Positions 1 through 12,681 are shown, counted from the first letter of the stretch. The stretch: DNA of 64,000 nucleotides from Spirochaetia bacterium (GCA_965198005.1 CBDAOI010000004.1:544001-608000); one strand, 5' to 3'. Notes: generated by a model not told the origin, from the sequence alone. Translations and numbers: made by a program.

Positions 1-3000
1 CGCGCCGTCCAGGAACCGGGTCTCGCCGGCCTCGCGGACCGCCACCGGGACGCCGTCGCGGAACAGGATGCGGTTGCCGCGCACGGCGGCCAGGCGGTGG
101 CGCTCGTGCGCCGGGCGCACCTTGATGCCGGCCGCGGCGGCCGGATCGACCGCGGGCAGCACGCGCAGCGCGCCCGCCGGCCCGGCGCGCCGTACGCGGC
201 GCATCGCGGCGACCGCTTCGGCCAGCGCGAACTGCTCGCCGCCGACGCCGCTCACGAAGTAGCCGCCGCGGATCTGGCCGCGCGCCTCCAGCAGGCGGTA
301 GACCACGACCAGGTCGCGCCAGGCGGGCGCCAGCGTCTCCCGCTCCAGCAGGCGCCGGAACACCACTCCGTAGCGGTGCAGCAGGCCGAGCGCGATCGCC
401 TCCAGGTGCGTCTCGGCGGGCTCCGCGGCCGGCGGCAGCAGGCTCCAGCGTCCCGAGCGGCTGAGCGGCCGGCGCGGCACGGCGACCGGGGCACCGCCGC
501 GGCCGGACTGGCGCCGGCGGGCGCGCTCCAGCCGGCGGGCGGCCGCCTGCCGCGCCGCGGGACGGATCAACGCGCGCAGGCCGGCGAAGCTGTCGCAGGT
601 CACGACCCCGGCCGCCGCCAGCTCGCCGAGGGCGGTGTCGACCTGGGCCGGCAGCAGGTTGGTGACCCGCTGCACCTCGTCCCGGAACAGGGCGCCGCGG
701 GTGGCCAGGCAGGAGCGGACCTGCGCGGCCACCGCGCTGAGTCCCTCTGCCGGCGGCATCGGGCCCGGCGCGGTGCCGCGCCACAGCTCCAGCTCGGTGC
801 GGGGCAGCAGCGCGATCGGGCTGCTGGCGAGCGGCGCAATCGGTCCGCCGGGCCGGTTGCCGTTGCCGGCCGGCGCCCGCAACCGGCCCCAGGCGACCTC
901 GCCGGCGGCGCACAACAGGTCGAGCCAGGCCGGATCGTAGTCGGCCAGCCGCGCCGGCAGGATCCACTCCTCCCACGCCGCCGCGGGCGCCTCGCACCCG
1001 GCGAGCTGGCGAATCACGGCCAACAGCGCCTCCGGACCGCTGCCGCCGTCCACGGCCGGCTCGCGCTCGAACGCGCCGCCGCCGATGGCAGCGACGTGCT
1101 GCCACTCGAACAGGGAGCGCAGGTAATCGTCGAACGTCAGCGGCTCGATCTCGCGCCGCAGGCGGCTCAGGGTATAGCGGTGAATCCGCGCCAGCAGCCG
1201 CCGTTCGCACCACTCTTCGCCGGCGGCGGCGGTGAACGATCCGCGCAGCACCGCGCCTTCGGTCTCCAGCGCGAGCAACGCCTCCTCCACCTCCGCCGGC
1301 GTGACCCCGATCGGGTCGGCCAGGGCCGCCGCGGTGACCGGTCCGGACGCCTCCAGCCGGCCGCGCACCACCTCGCGCAAGGCCGCGGCGCGCTGCCACC
1401 CGGGGCCGCGCAACGCAGCGGGCAGCACAACCGGCGGCTGCATGCGCAGCTCGGGCTCCAGCGCCTGCCACAGCGGCAGCCGTTCCGCCGCCACCCAGCG
1501 CACGCACGGGACAGCGCCGCCGGCACCGTCCGGCGGATCCGGCGCCGATCCGCCGGGCCTGCCTGACCCGCCCGACCCGCCCGCGCCGTGCGCCGCCGCC
1601 AGCGCCGGCGCCGTCACCCGGGTGGCCCGGCCCTGCCGCACCAGCGCCCGGAACAGCTCGCCCCACCCGGCCTGTTCTGCCGCGCGCTGATCGATGAAGG
1701 TGAGCAGGGTCAGCGCGTCGTGCAGCTCGTCCGCGTCCTCGACCCGCGGCAGCGCCTCGGCCCGCACCCGCGCGATTGCATCCGCGTCCAGCGTCCCGAA
1801 CCGGCGCGCCTCGTCGGGCGTGATCCAGCGCCGGTTGCGGATCGCCTGCGTGCGCCGCTCCTCCAGCGGCGCGTCGTCCAGGAACGCATACGGCCGGGCG
1901 TTGATGATCTCCTGCGCGAACGGCGACGGCTCGCGCAGGTCGCGCGTGACCAGCTCGACCGCGCCGCTCTCCACGTCGGCCAGCAGCCGCTCCAGGTGCG
2001 CGATGTCCATCGCCTCGGTCAGGCAATCCCCGATCGCCTGCGCCACCAGGGGATGATCGGGAATCTCCCGTTCCCCGGCGATGTTCTCGAGACAGGCGAG
2101 CTGGTCCGGAAACACCAGCGCCAGCAGATCCTCCGACTGCATGCGTTGCAGATAGGGGGGCACGCGCTTGCCGCCGCGCTGGCGGAGCACGGCCAGGGCA
2201 CGGGTCGCGTTCCAGCGCCAGCGGGTCCGGAACATCGGCGCATCGAGCAGCGCCTGCACCAGCACCCCACGCACCGTCTTGCGGTTCAGATAGCGCCAGA
2301 CGTCGGCCAGCGGAAAGCTGTGGGTCTGGCCCAGCGACAGCACCAGCGCGTCCTCGGTGGCCGCGGCCTGCAGCTCGAAGTTGAAGGTGCGGCAGAACCG
2401 CTTGCGCAGCGCCAGCCCCCAGGCGCGGTTGAGGCGGCTGCCGCGCGGCGAGTGGATCACGAGGTGCATGTCGCCCGCCTCGTCGAAGAACCGCTCGACC
2501 ACCGCGGTGTCGTGGGTGGGCATCGCGTCCAGGGCGTTCATGCCGGCGTGCAGGTAATCCACTACCTGCCGGGCGGCCGCGGACGCGAGCCGCAGCTCCC
2601 GTTCCAGCCACTGCACGGCCGCCGCCGCCGCGTGGTCCGCCCCGGTGCGCTCGCTGCCGGCGCGAATCAGCCGCCCCACCCGGGTACGAAGGGCGGACAC
2701 CGCGCGCGACAGCTCGTCGCTGCGTCCGGGCGCTTCGCCGAGCCAGAACGGCAGGGTGGGCGGCTTGCCGGCGGCGTCCACCACCCGCACCACGCCGGTT
2801 TCCACCTTGAGGATCTCCCAGGACCGGTTGCCGAGCAGGAAGATGTCGCCGGGTACGCTCTCGACGGCGAAGTCCTCGTGCACGGTGCCGATGAACAGAT
2901 CCTGCGGATCGACCCGTACCTGGTAATCGAAGTTGTCGGGGATCGCGCCGCCGTTGGTGAGCGCGGCCAGGCCGGCGCCGCGCCGCCCGCGCACCCGGCC

Positions 3001-4474
3001 GCCGATGGTGTCGTGGTGCACGTAGGCGCCGCGGCGGCCGCGCGCGGTCGAGAACCCGGTGGCCAGCATCTCGACCACCGCGTCGAACCGGTCGCGCGCC
3101 AGCTCGCGATAAGGGTACGCCCGGCGGCAGAGTGCGAACAGGTCGTCGGTGCGCCACTCCGCGGCGCTCGCCTCGGCCACGATCTGCTGCGCCAGTACGT
3201 CCAGCGGCTGCGGCGGCACCTCGATCCGGTCCAATTCGCCCGCGCGCACCGCCGCCAGCAGCGCGGTGCATTCCACCAGCTCGTCCCGGGAGAGCGGGAA
3301 CAGCCGCCCCTTCGGGGTGCCGGTCAGGTGGTGGCCGGAGCGGCCGACGCGCTGCAGAAACGCCATGATCGACTTGGGCGACCCGAACTGGCACACCAGA
3401 TCGACCACGCCGACGTCGATCCCCAGCTCCAGCGACGCGGTCGCGACGATGGCGCGCAGCGTGCCCGTCTTCAGCCGCTGTTCGGCGTCGAGGCGCTGCT
3501 CCTTGGACAGGCTGCCGTGGTGGGCCGCGACCTGCTCCTCGCCCAGCAGGGCGCCCAGCGCGTGGCTCATTCGTTCGGCCAGCCGGCGGGTGTTGACGAA
3601 CACCAGCGTGGTGCGGTGGGCGCGTATCAGATCGGCGAGGCGCCGGTAGAGTTCCTCCCACACTTCGTTGGCCATCACCGCTTCGAGCGGCGCGCCCGGC
3701 AGCTCCAGCGCGATCTCCATGGCGCGCCGGTGACCGGTGTCCACGATGGTGCAGTCCTTGGTGTTGGCTGCCGTTGCGCCGTCCGCCTCGCGCCCGGCGC
3801 CGGTGAGGAACGCCGCGGCGGTGGCCAGCGGCTTCTGGGTGGCGGACAGCCCGATGCGGGTCACCGGCGCGCCGGCGAGGTGGTCCAGCCGCTCCAGGCT
3901 GAGCGCCAGGTGGGCGCCCCGTTTGGAGCCGAGCACGGCATGGATCTCGTCGACGATGACCGTGCGCGTGGTGGCCAGCAGGGCGCGTCCGCCGGCGCTG
4001 GTGAGCAGCAGATAGAGCGACTCGGGGGTGGTGACCAGGATCTGGGGCGGGCGCCGGACCATCGCCGTGCGGGCGGCCGCCGGCGTGTCACCGGTGCGCA
4101 GACCGGCCCGGATCGCCGGTACCGCGGGGGTGGCGCCATCGTCGTTGCGGAGCCGCGCGCCGATTCCCTCAAGCGGCGCCTGCAGATTGCGCTCGATGTC
4201 GTTGCTCAGCGCCTTCAGCGGCGACACGTACACCACGCGGGTGGCGTCCGGCAGAGCGCCCGCCTCGGCTGCGCGCACCAGGTCGTCGATCGCGGCCAGG
4301 AACGCGGCCAGCGTCTTGCCCGAGCCGGTGCCCGAGCCGGGGGGCCGCGATCAGCGTATGCCGGCCGGCCCTGATCGCGGGCCAAGCCGCGCGCTGCGCG
4401 GGCGAGGGCGCGGCAAACGTGCTCCGGAACCAGTCGGCGACGGCCGGGTGAAACAACTCCAGCGGGTCGGTCAT
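1..4474 (-). CDS. lhr: Lhr-family ATP-dependent DEAD/DEAH helicase; 3' end runs off the window; frameshift at Walker A
   Basis: N-terminus [40 protein letters not shown], then in another frame [47 protein letters not shown] ~10-nt duplication at about 4330-4340 shifts the frame. Confidence 0.85.
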
Positions 4475-4539
4475 GGTCACGACAGTGTCACAATGAAGAA
4501 GGATTTCGCCAACCGCCGACAACCGCCGACGTCCGAGTA

Positions 4540-4770
4540 CCGAACACGGAGCTTCCCGTGTCGGGATCGACTTCGCTGATGGCGACGATCTCCTGCCGGT
4601 TCGCCGTCGCGCCCTGTATGTTGCCCCAGGTGATCAACCAGTGGCCGTTGTCGTCGAGCACCGTCACGCCGCCTTGGGTCAGCGCGTACCAACCTGTGCG
4701 CTCGGGCGCCGATAGTCACGCGTGAAGGCAGCCGTGGTGCCCGAAGACAGGTCGTATTTCGCGGCCCGCC
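4540..4770 (-). pseudogene. Possible aryl-sulfate sulfotransferase (beta-propeller) C-terminal remnant
   Basis: Minus-strand reading, across a frameshift: [44 protein letters not shown], which resembles the ASST NGNWLIxWG motif. Confidence 0.3.
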
Positions 4771-5329
4771 GGGGTGGCCCCCGACACCTCGGGCTAGTTA
4801 GTATTGGCAAGAAGGAGTCGTCGTGGTAGTCGATGGCTGCCAGCGTGAGACAGGGTCGTCGATTCGTAGCCCCCTGATCGGGTCGGTGTGCGGCGAGAGG
4901 AGCGTCGCCTTCGAGATGAGGCACCTTTCTGTCGAACTGCTCAATCAGGAGCAGGACACGCGGGCGCCACCATGGACGGCGGGAACGGACTTGGTGCCGG
5001 TGGAGCCTTGGTCGTCAAGATCGGCGATGGTTTGCATAAGCCTAGTCGACGATTCGCGACGGCGAGGTCAGCAACGCTCCGCCGGGTGAAGCTCCTGGTC
5101 TGGGGAGCATCAATGATGGGCGCCTGCGGCGCGTAGGACGACGCGTTCGCCGATCTATGGTGGAGGGCAGCTCGAACAGGACGCCCTTCGAGAGTGGGGG
5201 TGGAGTAGCGGTAAACCTTGCGGGTGGCCCGGTGGCCAGGAGGCCAACGCCATAAGGCCGTCGCCTGATCTGTCGACACACCTATTGACGGAACCCAGGC
5301 TAGTCACTCGGCCAACGCACCATTGCACA

Positions 5330-5713
5330 GCTGATGAACTGCTGCGCTACGACAGCCCGGTCCAACTCAACGGTCGCTCGGTACGCAAAGATGTCGAGAT
5401 CGGCGGCAAGCTGATCCGCACCGGCGAGGTGGTGATCTCCGCTATTGGCGCGGCGAACCGCGACCCCGAGGTATTCGACCATCCTGAGACGCTGGACATC
5501 GGACGCCAGGAGATCAGCCATCTGTCGTTCGGCCGCGGCATACACTACTGCCTCGGTGCGCCGCTGGCTCTATTGGAGGCGCGAGTCGCGTTCGCCGCCT
5601 TGCTCGACCGCTTTGCCAGCATCCGCCTGGCCGATGAGTCCCGGCACCGGCAGGGCGTCGTGCTGCGCGGGGTCGAGCATCTGTGGATCGAGGTCGAGGC
5701 GTCCTCAGGGTGA
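5330..5713 (+). pseudogene. Cytochrome P450 C-terminal fragment
   Basis: ExxR (ELLR), ANRDPEVF and heme motif FGRGIHYCLGA are present; the N-terminal two thirds are absent. Confidence 0.85.
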
Positions 5714-6130
5714 GTCGACCAGTCCGCGAACAGGCGGACGAATCTGCGCTGCTGCTGCACGGGCACGTCCAGGATCGTTCGTCTTCCTACTTCCAGGCCT
5801 CCGGGAAGCCTCGATAGATGCTGGGAACACGCAGGGAGGTGGGACGCCATGGAGGCGCCATTGAGGAGGGTGCAGGAAACTGCCATCTTGGAACCCTTCT
5901 GGCGCGCTGGCCCTGTTCGATCAGCACTCGGAATCGGTGCTCGGCGGTTCGGGAAAAGCCAGTCGGGCTCCGAACTGCATTACCTCTTATGTAACAGCGG
6001 CCAAACCTGCATGAACAGGTAATTCTACCGCTCCAAGGTGGTGATGCACTGTGTTGAATGACGATCTGCTCCGAGAGCTGAATCGTCCAGTGTAACCTCG
6101 GCATGAGGCTTCCCCTATGATTTCTCCGTC

Positions 6131-6736
6131 TTGGGCGTCGCCTTAAATCACGAGGATCTGCTCGGGTGCCTGTTCGGAGTGGGCAACGACGATCAGCTCA
6201 TCGCCTTGCGATATGAGTACGAGAATGGTCGCAGGTTGGCCAAGAAGCTGCAGGAGTTGACGAAGCTCGTCGCCTACCACGGCTCAGAGAAAACGTCTGT
6301 GACATCTCCCGAGTCGATGAGGCTGGCACACCCGAACCAGGATGACGAAGACCTGGCGGCAGGATGGTTGGACACCACCATACGCGTACTCGCATGGTTG
6401 GCTGATCGTAACCGTCCGGTAGGCCCGGCGTACGAGCAGGCGAGGGCTCGCTTCGACAGCCTGGGTCCTCTGACTACAACGAATGATAAAATCGCCCGGG
6501 AGGTCCTGTTCGAGGCCGACCGTCAGTCCGGCGGCACGGCAGATGTGTGGGAGCTGGCACTGAAAGCGGTTGAACTGCTGGGCGACGAGTTGGGCAGGAT
6601 CCCTCTCAAGGAAGCCGATCTCTACAACGCTGTCGAAATAGAGGCCTCGATCAAGAGGCTGCTCGGGTTGGATGACCGAGCGCCGGCGGATGGGCAGACG
6701 AATCGGTCCACCCTGGGCCAAGGAGGGGGGAAGTGA
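6131..6736 (+). CDS. Hypothetical protein
   Basis: 201-aa ORF with protein-like composition in a lower-GC patch; no family recognised. Confidence 0.45.
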   Translation: MGVALNHEDLLGCLFGVGNDDQLIALRYEYENGRRLAKKLQELTKLVAYHGSEKTSVTSPESMRLAHPNQDDEDLAAGWLDTTIRVLAWLADRNRPVGPAYEQARARFDSLGPLTTTNDKIAREVLFEADRQSGGTADVWELALKAVELLGDELGRIPLKEADLYNAVEIEASIKRLLGLDDRAPADGQTNRSTLGQGGGK

Positions 6737-6861
6737 CACACGATCCAGCAGTGATCATCGGATAGGGGGCCGTCAGTGCGGTAGCCCCCAGACTTGCACC
6801 TATACCGAGAGATACCGTGGGCGTTGCGCCCGTTGGAGCGTCAAACGCGAATTCCGCATTC

Positions 6862-7510
6862 TCACAACTCCTTACCTGAGTGAACCATCACATCCAGAAA
6901 ATTCGCTCCGTATTCTTTGCGGTAAATGAGCGCCAGGTTCTCAACAAGATCGCGAGCTACCGTCAGATCGGCTCGAATGTGCCTCTCATCCATTTCCGAA
7001 TTCCAGTCCAAAAATGAACTGCTCTCTTCCATCATGCAGCCGTGTTGACACGTAGCAGGTAAACCCAAAACGGTGCAAGCCTCTCAGGACGTTTCTCAAG
7101 GAGTCGGATGACATGCCTGTGAAAACAGCGAGATCGCAAGCCGGTGTATGCAAGTTGTGAGGCAGTTCAACCGCACATGCATTGTGGATAAAGGTCAAGA
7201 CAACGCGCCGTTCGGCTTGAGTCATTCGTCGTAGCGTATTCAGGAAACGGTACGCAATCAGATGGACAAACTCTTTCGCCTCCTCATCCTCTAGGGCTTC
7301 GTACAACAGGTCAAAGACCTCAGGAACGAATCGCAATCGGCTGAAAACGACCTTTTCCGCAACCACCTTGCCAAGCTCGGCAGGTTCTATTCCGCTCAGA
7401 TCAACGTAGCGTGTGGTGTCGGTCAATCCGTCAATCGGTGTGTCGTCAAACCTTGCTGGCAGAATATACTCGCTGTTTTCCCGCAGCGCACGAGCCTCTC
7501 CAAGAGACCG
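6862..7510 (-). pseudogene. TIR-domain protein remnant (5'-truncated, probably frameshifted)
   Basis: ARALRENSEYILPARFDDTPIDGL..YVDL resembles the end of a bacterial TIR domain; the start is replaced by the alpA junction. Confidence 0.6.
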
Positions 7511-7512
7511 GC

Positions 7513-7700
7513 TTAGGCCGTCGGCAGCGCCTCCAACCATCTCTCTACGTCCGCGCGGCGCCAACCGACGGCGCGCGAACGCGCGCCTCCTAATCTGACC
7601 GGCGCCGGAAAGTCGCCAGCACGTACGCGACGCCACAACGACGTACGCGACAGACAAATCAAGTCCAGCAGAGCTGGCGTTCTCAAGATTACAGGATACG
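7513..7700 (-). CDS. alpA: AlpA-family phage regulator / recombination directionality factor
   Basis: ILRTPALLDLICLSRTSLWRRVRAGDFPAPVRLGGARSRAVGWRRADVERWL. Confidence 0.8.
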
Positions 7701-7729
7701 AATCAAGGATAGTCGCTTGCAGGGTTGCT

Positions 7730-7890
7730 CTCGATGTAGTTCTGCGCGATAGCGCACTCATGATCGCGGAGATGCGGCCCTTCACTCGGCGCGCCGTCTC
7801 GGTCTTGGTGTGCCAGATCCGCACAATCACACCGAGCACGTCGGCGGTCGTGATCTCGCTTACGCGCTTGCGGCCGATTCTGGGGACACG
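7730..7890 (-). pseudogene. P4-like phage integrase core-binding domain fragment
   Basis: IGRKRVSEITTADVLGVIVRIWHTKTETARRVKGRISAIM; no catalytic domain. Confidence 0.7.
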
Positions 7891-8457
7891 TACCGCTCCA
7901 GCGACGAGCGCCAGCCCTTCGCCGATGCCAAACCGCCGCCGATTCGCCGGGTCGGCTCGTACAGCCGGAGGGGCCGTCTCCGATCGGACCATCTTTCGCT
8001 GCTCGTCTTCGACCACCGACCACGGCACGGTCACCAGTGGCGACGAAAGTGCATCGCTCCTCCAGGTCCTCTTCTAACCGTCCGATTGCCGATAAGGCTG
8101 TTTCTGTCGCCGATGCCCATGTGTTGGGGACTGTCCCGCGCCCTGGAGTTGGGGGAGCTTCAGGAGACCAACGAACGGTCGCTGGCGGCGCTGTTTCCAG
8201 GGGTGCCGGAGAGGGAGCGCCCGCAAGCCGATGTTGACGAGCCTGACGCCGGGGACGACAGCCAAGTGGTGGCGACCGTCCGCATCCTCGAAGGTCAGCT
8301 TTCTGCGGCCAGGTGGCGGGTCTCCGGACTCTGGACTGTCGGCAGATGGAACCTGAAGCTGAGCGAATGCCCTCGGATGGGAGGATGGGACCCCAGAGAC
8401 GAGGTGTTCACGGCCGAGGCGTGGTCGAGAAGGAAACCCGTATGGTGCCGGTATATG

Positions 8458-10089
8458 TTATGTGCAGCGCGCTAAGCGCGCGGTCGCGGGCTGCTTGGTG
8501 ACCGTGCGGTACCAGGTCTGGTCAAAAGCCGGACCGGTCACCAGCCCGGCGGTGGTGCGGCGCCGCGCCATCTGCTCGGTCTGCTGGAACATGATCACGT
8601 ACGGGCCCTCGTCCTGCAGGCGCCGCTGCAGGTCGCGGTAGAGTTGGGCGCGGCGCCCGGGGTCGAGCTCGTTGCGCGCCCGGACCACCGCCGCGTTGAA
8701 CTCCTCGCGGGCCCAGGCGTTGCGCCACGCCAGCACGCCGGTCAGGTTCGCCTCCGGGCGGTTGTCGGGGTTGCGCGCGAAGGCGTCCGCGTTGGAGTGC
8801 GGGTCGACGTAATCGGGCGACCAGGGGGCGAGGATCAGCTCGTGCTCGCGGGCGCGGTAGCGGGGCCACAGCTCTGCGCCCTCCCATATCACGACCTGCG
8901 CGTCAATGCCGGCCTCGGCGAAGGTCGCCCTGAGCGCCCGCGCGATGGCCGGAAACGGCGGGCTGGTGAGAGTGTCGATGCGCAGTGCGAACCCGTCGCC
9001 GTGGCCCGCATGCGCGAGTAGCGCCTTCGCCCGCGCAACGTCGCGTCGGTACGGCGTCTCGGTGTGGGCCGCCCACAGGCCGCGCGGCCAAAACGCCTGG
9101 TGCACGATAAACTGACCGGCCAGAAACGAGTCCGCCATGCCATGGTAGTCGACCGCGTGGCGCAGCGCCTGCACCACCTGCGGCTTGCCGAGAACCGGGT
9201 GGCCCTGGTTCGCCGCCAAGTAGATCAATGTGCCGCGCGGGTGGCTGTCGACGGCGATCTCTTCGTCGCCGTCGAGCGCCACGATCAGGTCGGGCGTGAG
9301 GTCGCGGGCAATATCGACATCGCCGCGCTCCAGCAGCAGCCGCTGGGAGGACGGCTCCGGCACGTGGCGCAGAATCACGCGCCGCACACCCGGCGCGCCG
9401 TGGCGATAATGGGGATTCGCGTCGAGTACCACCGACTCGTTGGCCTGCCAGCTGCGCAGCCGGAACGGCCCCGAGCCGGCGCTTTTGGTTTGCAGCCATG
9501 CCGCGCCCAGGTCGCCGTCCTGCTCATGGGCCATCACCAGCTCCCGGTCCACTACCGATCCGATGCCGGCCGAGAGCGCGTGTAGCACCAGCCCGGGCGA
9601 GAATTCCTCGACGATGTTGATGCGGACGTGACGCTCGTCGACCGTCTCCACCAGCTCGCCGACGTTGTCCGCGTTCCAGCCGAGTTGGGTGAGAATGAAC
9701 GCTGGCGATCCGCCGCGCCGCACGACCCGCTCCAGGGAGAACTCGACATCCTCCGGCCGCACCGGGTTGCCCGAGTGGAACGTCAGTCCGTCGCGAATCC
9801 GCAGGGTGATGGTTCTGCCGTCGTCGCTCACGGTATGGCTCTCGGCGACGCCACCGGCCAGCGTGCCGGGATCCTCCGGCTCGAACGTCATGATCCGGTC
9901 GTAGACGTTGGCCAGGATCTCGCCCGCAGTGAGCTCGAACGACTCGCCCGGATCGAAGGTGATGATGTCACCGATGTCCTTCGCCATAACGAGGGTGTCG
10001 GGCGGGGTCTGCGCCGGAGCCGGCGCGGCGGTCAGGGCGAAGAGACCGAGCAGGGCGATGAACGGGCCCGGGAGTCGGTACCTGGACAT
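8458..10089 (-). CDS. Peptide/nickel ABC transporter substrate-binding protein (SBP family 5), orphan
   Basis: Signal peptide, FDPGESFE, LTFHSGNPVRPEDVEFSLER, GSGPFRL; 543 aa. Confidence 0.9.
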   Translation of the reverse strand: MSRYRLPGPFIALLGLFALTAAPAPAQTPPDTLVMAKDIGDIITFDPGESFELTAGEILANVYDRIMTFEPEDPGTLAGGVAESHTVSDDGRTITLRIRDGLTFHSGNPVRPEDVEFSLERVVRRGGSPAFILTQLGWNADNVGELVETVDERHVRINIVEEFSPGLVLHALSAGIGSVVDRELVMAHEQDGDLGAAWLQTKSAGSGPFRLRSWQANESVVLDANPHYRHGAPGVRRVILRHVPEPSSQRLLLERGDVDIARDLTPDLIVALDGDEEIAVDSHPRGTLIYLAANQGHPVLGKPQVVQALRHAVDYHGMADSFLAGQFIVHQAFWPRGLWAAHTETPYRRDVARAKALLAHAGHGDGFALRIDTLTSPPFPAIARALRATFAEAGIDAQVVIWEGAELWPRYRAREHELILAPWSPDYVDPHSNADAFARNPDNRPEANLTGVLAWRNAWAREEFNAAVVRARNELDPGRRAQLYRDLQRRLQDEGPYVIMFQQTEQMARRRTTAGLVTGPAFDQTWYRTVTKQPATARLARCT

Positions 10090-10215
10090 GCGTACAGGAT
10101 GTACCGCAACGCGTTCGCTCTGCTACTCATAGATCGAACGGATTGCCCATGAATCGTTCGAAGCAGAGCTGCTCCGGGTGTATCCTGATCGGTACCCCGT
10201 AATCCCGTGCCGCGT

Positions 10216-10377
10216 GGAATTGTTCTGGGGCTGACCGTCAGCCTCGGCTATCGTTTGTCCGGCACCACCACGGCCGAGTTGGCCTGGAATGCAGCAGATT
10301 CCGGTACCGATGATATCCTGAAGGCTGGCATTCTGCACCACAGCATGGATCTTGGCCTCAGGTACGAATTGTTTTAG
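10216..10377 (+). pseudogene. Outer-membrane beta-barrel C-terminal remnant
   Basis: GLTVSLGYRLSGT...HHSMDLGLRYELF-stop: amphipathic strands ending in a terminal Phe. Confidence 0.3.
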
Positions 10378-10606
10378 GCCGACCTTGCCTGGCTCTGGGG
10401 CGGCCGAGGCGCACCAGAAGGATCCGACACGTGAACTTGCGTCGCGCCGCCACGTGCGCCACAGTAGGAGTGGCCCGTCGCGTCTCGCCGCACAACTCTG
10501 TGAGCAACGATGGTTCAGAAGCAGACCCAACGGTCTGGGTCCGAACCGATCTCCCATGCCGTCCGAGCCGGCAGCCCCACCGTCGGCCCGCCCAGCCGGC
10601 GGGAGG

Positions 10607-11812
10607 CTACCCTGGCCTCGGCATGCGGTAGCCGACGCCGCTCTCCAACGCCCGTGCGATGGTTTCGTCGCGTCCGTAACCGGAGATGAACACGACCGGC
10701 AGCTCGGCGAGCTCTGGGACGCTCTCCATGAGCGCTATGCCGTCGGTCCCCGGCAGCATCAGGTCGAGCAGGACCAGATGAGGCTTTTCGGTCCGGATGA
10801 TATGGGACAGATCCGCATCGCCGCCGGTCACCAGCGGCGCGTAGCCCGAGGCCGTCAGCGCGTCGCGCACGTAGCGCAGCGTCTGCGGGTCGTCGTCCAC
10901 CACCAGGATGCGGGCCGGCGCGCGCGGCTCCCGATGCGAGCTCGATGGGCGCCGACCGGCGCCGACCAGCTCGGAATCGCGGGTCTGCTCGGTAACGGGC
11001 ATGGTGAAGGTGAACCGGGTGCCATGGCCGGGGCCGCCGCTCTCGGCCTGGATGCGACCGCCGTGCGCCTCCACCAGCCCCTTGCAGATGACCAGCCCGA
11101 GGCCAGCCCCTCCGTTCTCGCGCCGGCCGTCGCGGCCGGCGACACCGGCATATCTGCGGAACAGATGAGGCAGCAGGTCGGGCGCCACGCCCCTGCCTTC
11201 GTCGGAGACCGAGACTGCGACGTGAACGCCTTCGCGCATCGCGGCGACCCGGATCGGGGAGGACTCGAGCGAGTGCCTGGCGGCGTTGGAAAGCAGGTTG
11301 TTCAGCACCTGCACGATGCGTCGCCGGTCGGCCATCACCGGCGGCAGGTCGAGCGGCAGGTCGATCAGCACAGGGTGCCGTCCGCCGCCGCTCAGGAACG
11401 TGTTCCTCGCTCGGTCCACCAGGTCGGACACCTCCGAGGGCTCCGGCTTCACCGACAGCGTGCCCGCCTTGATGCGCCCCGCATCCAGCAGGTCGCTGAT
11501 CAGACCACGCATGTGCGCCGGTCGGCCTGCCGTGCGAAGCCCCTCGACGATGCGGCGCGCCTCGCGGTTAAGCGACACCGGGTGGCCGGTGCGGGCTTCG
11601 AACACCACCACGCCCACCGGCGAGGTCTCGACCAGGGCTTCCAGGTCGGCGCGGGCGCGCTGCTCGGCGCGGTGGGTGCGCGCGTTGGCGATCACGGTGG
11701 CCGCCTGCGCGGTGAATAGCACCAGCACCTCCTCGTCCTCGGCCGTGAACTCCGGCGCGCCCTCCTTCTCGACGAGGAAGAAGTTGCCGACGTGCGCGCT
11801 GCGGTAGCGCAT
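10607..11812 (-). pseudogene. Hybrid sensor histidine kinase/receiver, internally deleted
   Basis: Partial GAF and PAS start, HATPase (QVLNNLLSNA, DEGRG, GLGL) and receiver (ILVVDDD, LLDLMLPG). The H-box is missing and the receiver ends early. Confidence 0.75.
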
Positions 11813-11931
11813 CGGCGTGCCCTGGAAGGTCTTCGAGCTTGGAATGGGTCAGCACAACGTCAACCCAGGTGCATGCGTCGGTGCCGGGCCGGTAGCGTCT
11901 GGTAACGGGACGTTCTGTCGAGCCACGGCGG

Positions 11932-12681
11932 TCAGCGCAGCTCCCGCATCATCGCGCCAACGGCTCCTGCCGAATCGGCAACGTTGAACGGGAAACAGAC
12001 CATCTCCAGATCGTGATCTTCGACGAATCGGAAATGGAGCGTCTCGCGAAACGCCGTCGTCCTTGGATAGACGAGGACGACACGCCGGCAGCCGTATCGC
12101 TTCCCGTAGGCGAAGAGCTGGTACGCGTCGTCCTGACTGACCCCATGGTTCGCAGCGTCGGGATCGAGACGCTTCCACTTCGCATCCAGGATGAATCGGG
12201 CCTGGATCCGCCCACGCATGCAGGAGAGATTCGCCTCCCGCGTACGGTACGCACGGGCGAAGCCACGCTGGGTCAGCAGGACGACGCTCGCCAGGAACAG
12301 ATGGACAAATGCTTCGAACATGTCCATGTGGCGGATCGCTCGGATGCCGGCACTGTCAAGCTGCGCTTCACCGAGACCGCGCCAATCCCGCAGCATGGCC
12401 AGGAAGACACCGATCACGGTCCCACGGTGTGTTTCGATGATCCCAACGTAGTTCTGTGCGTGGAGGCGACCGTTCCGTAGCGCGAAGACGGCCCGGCGCT
12501 GACTCCATTCGTCGGTCGATTGCGCGAGTGCGAATCTCTCCAGATCACGCTGTTCGTCTTCACGCAATCCGTTGAGCGGCTCGTACTCTCGAACGACCAG
12601 TGCGTGCGACACGGTGCGTCGTGGCCCCGGCGGCGCGGCGGTAAAGGAGTCCTCGCCGGATGGATGTCGCACTTGCGTCAC
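11932..12681 (-). pseudogene. mcrC: McrC-family restriction nuclease subunit with in-frame internal deletions
   Basis: AQNYVGII, ILDAKWK, DAYQLFAY; only 249 aa, short for the family; overlaps the mcrB stop. Confidence 0.8.

Noticed and set aside
1525-1620. Short GC-rich 9-mer repeats
   Set aside because: They encode a Gly/Ser/Pro linker inside Lhr.
97-4374. Long plus-strand ORFs (489 aa and 928 aa)
   Set aside because: Antisense shadows of the GC-rich lhr gene.
5090-5320. Possible IS110 non-coding end or structured RNA upstream of the P450 fragment
   Set aside because: Impression only; no transposase, defined ends or convincing stems.
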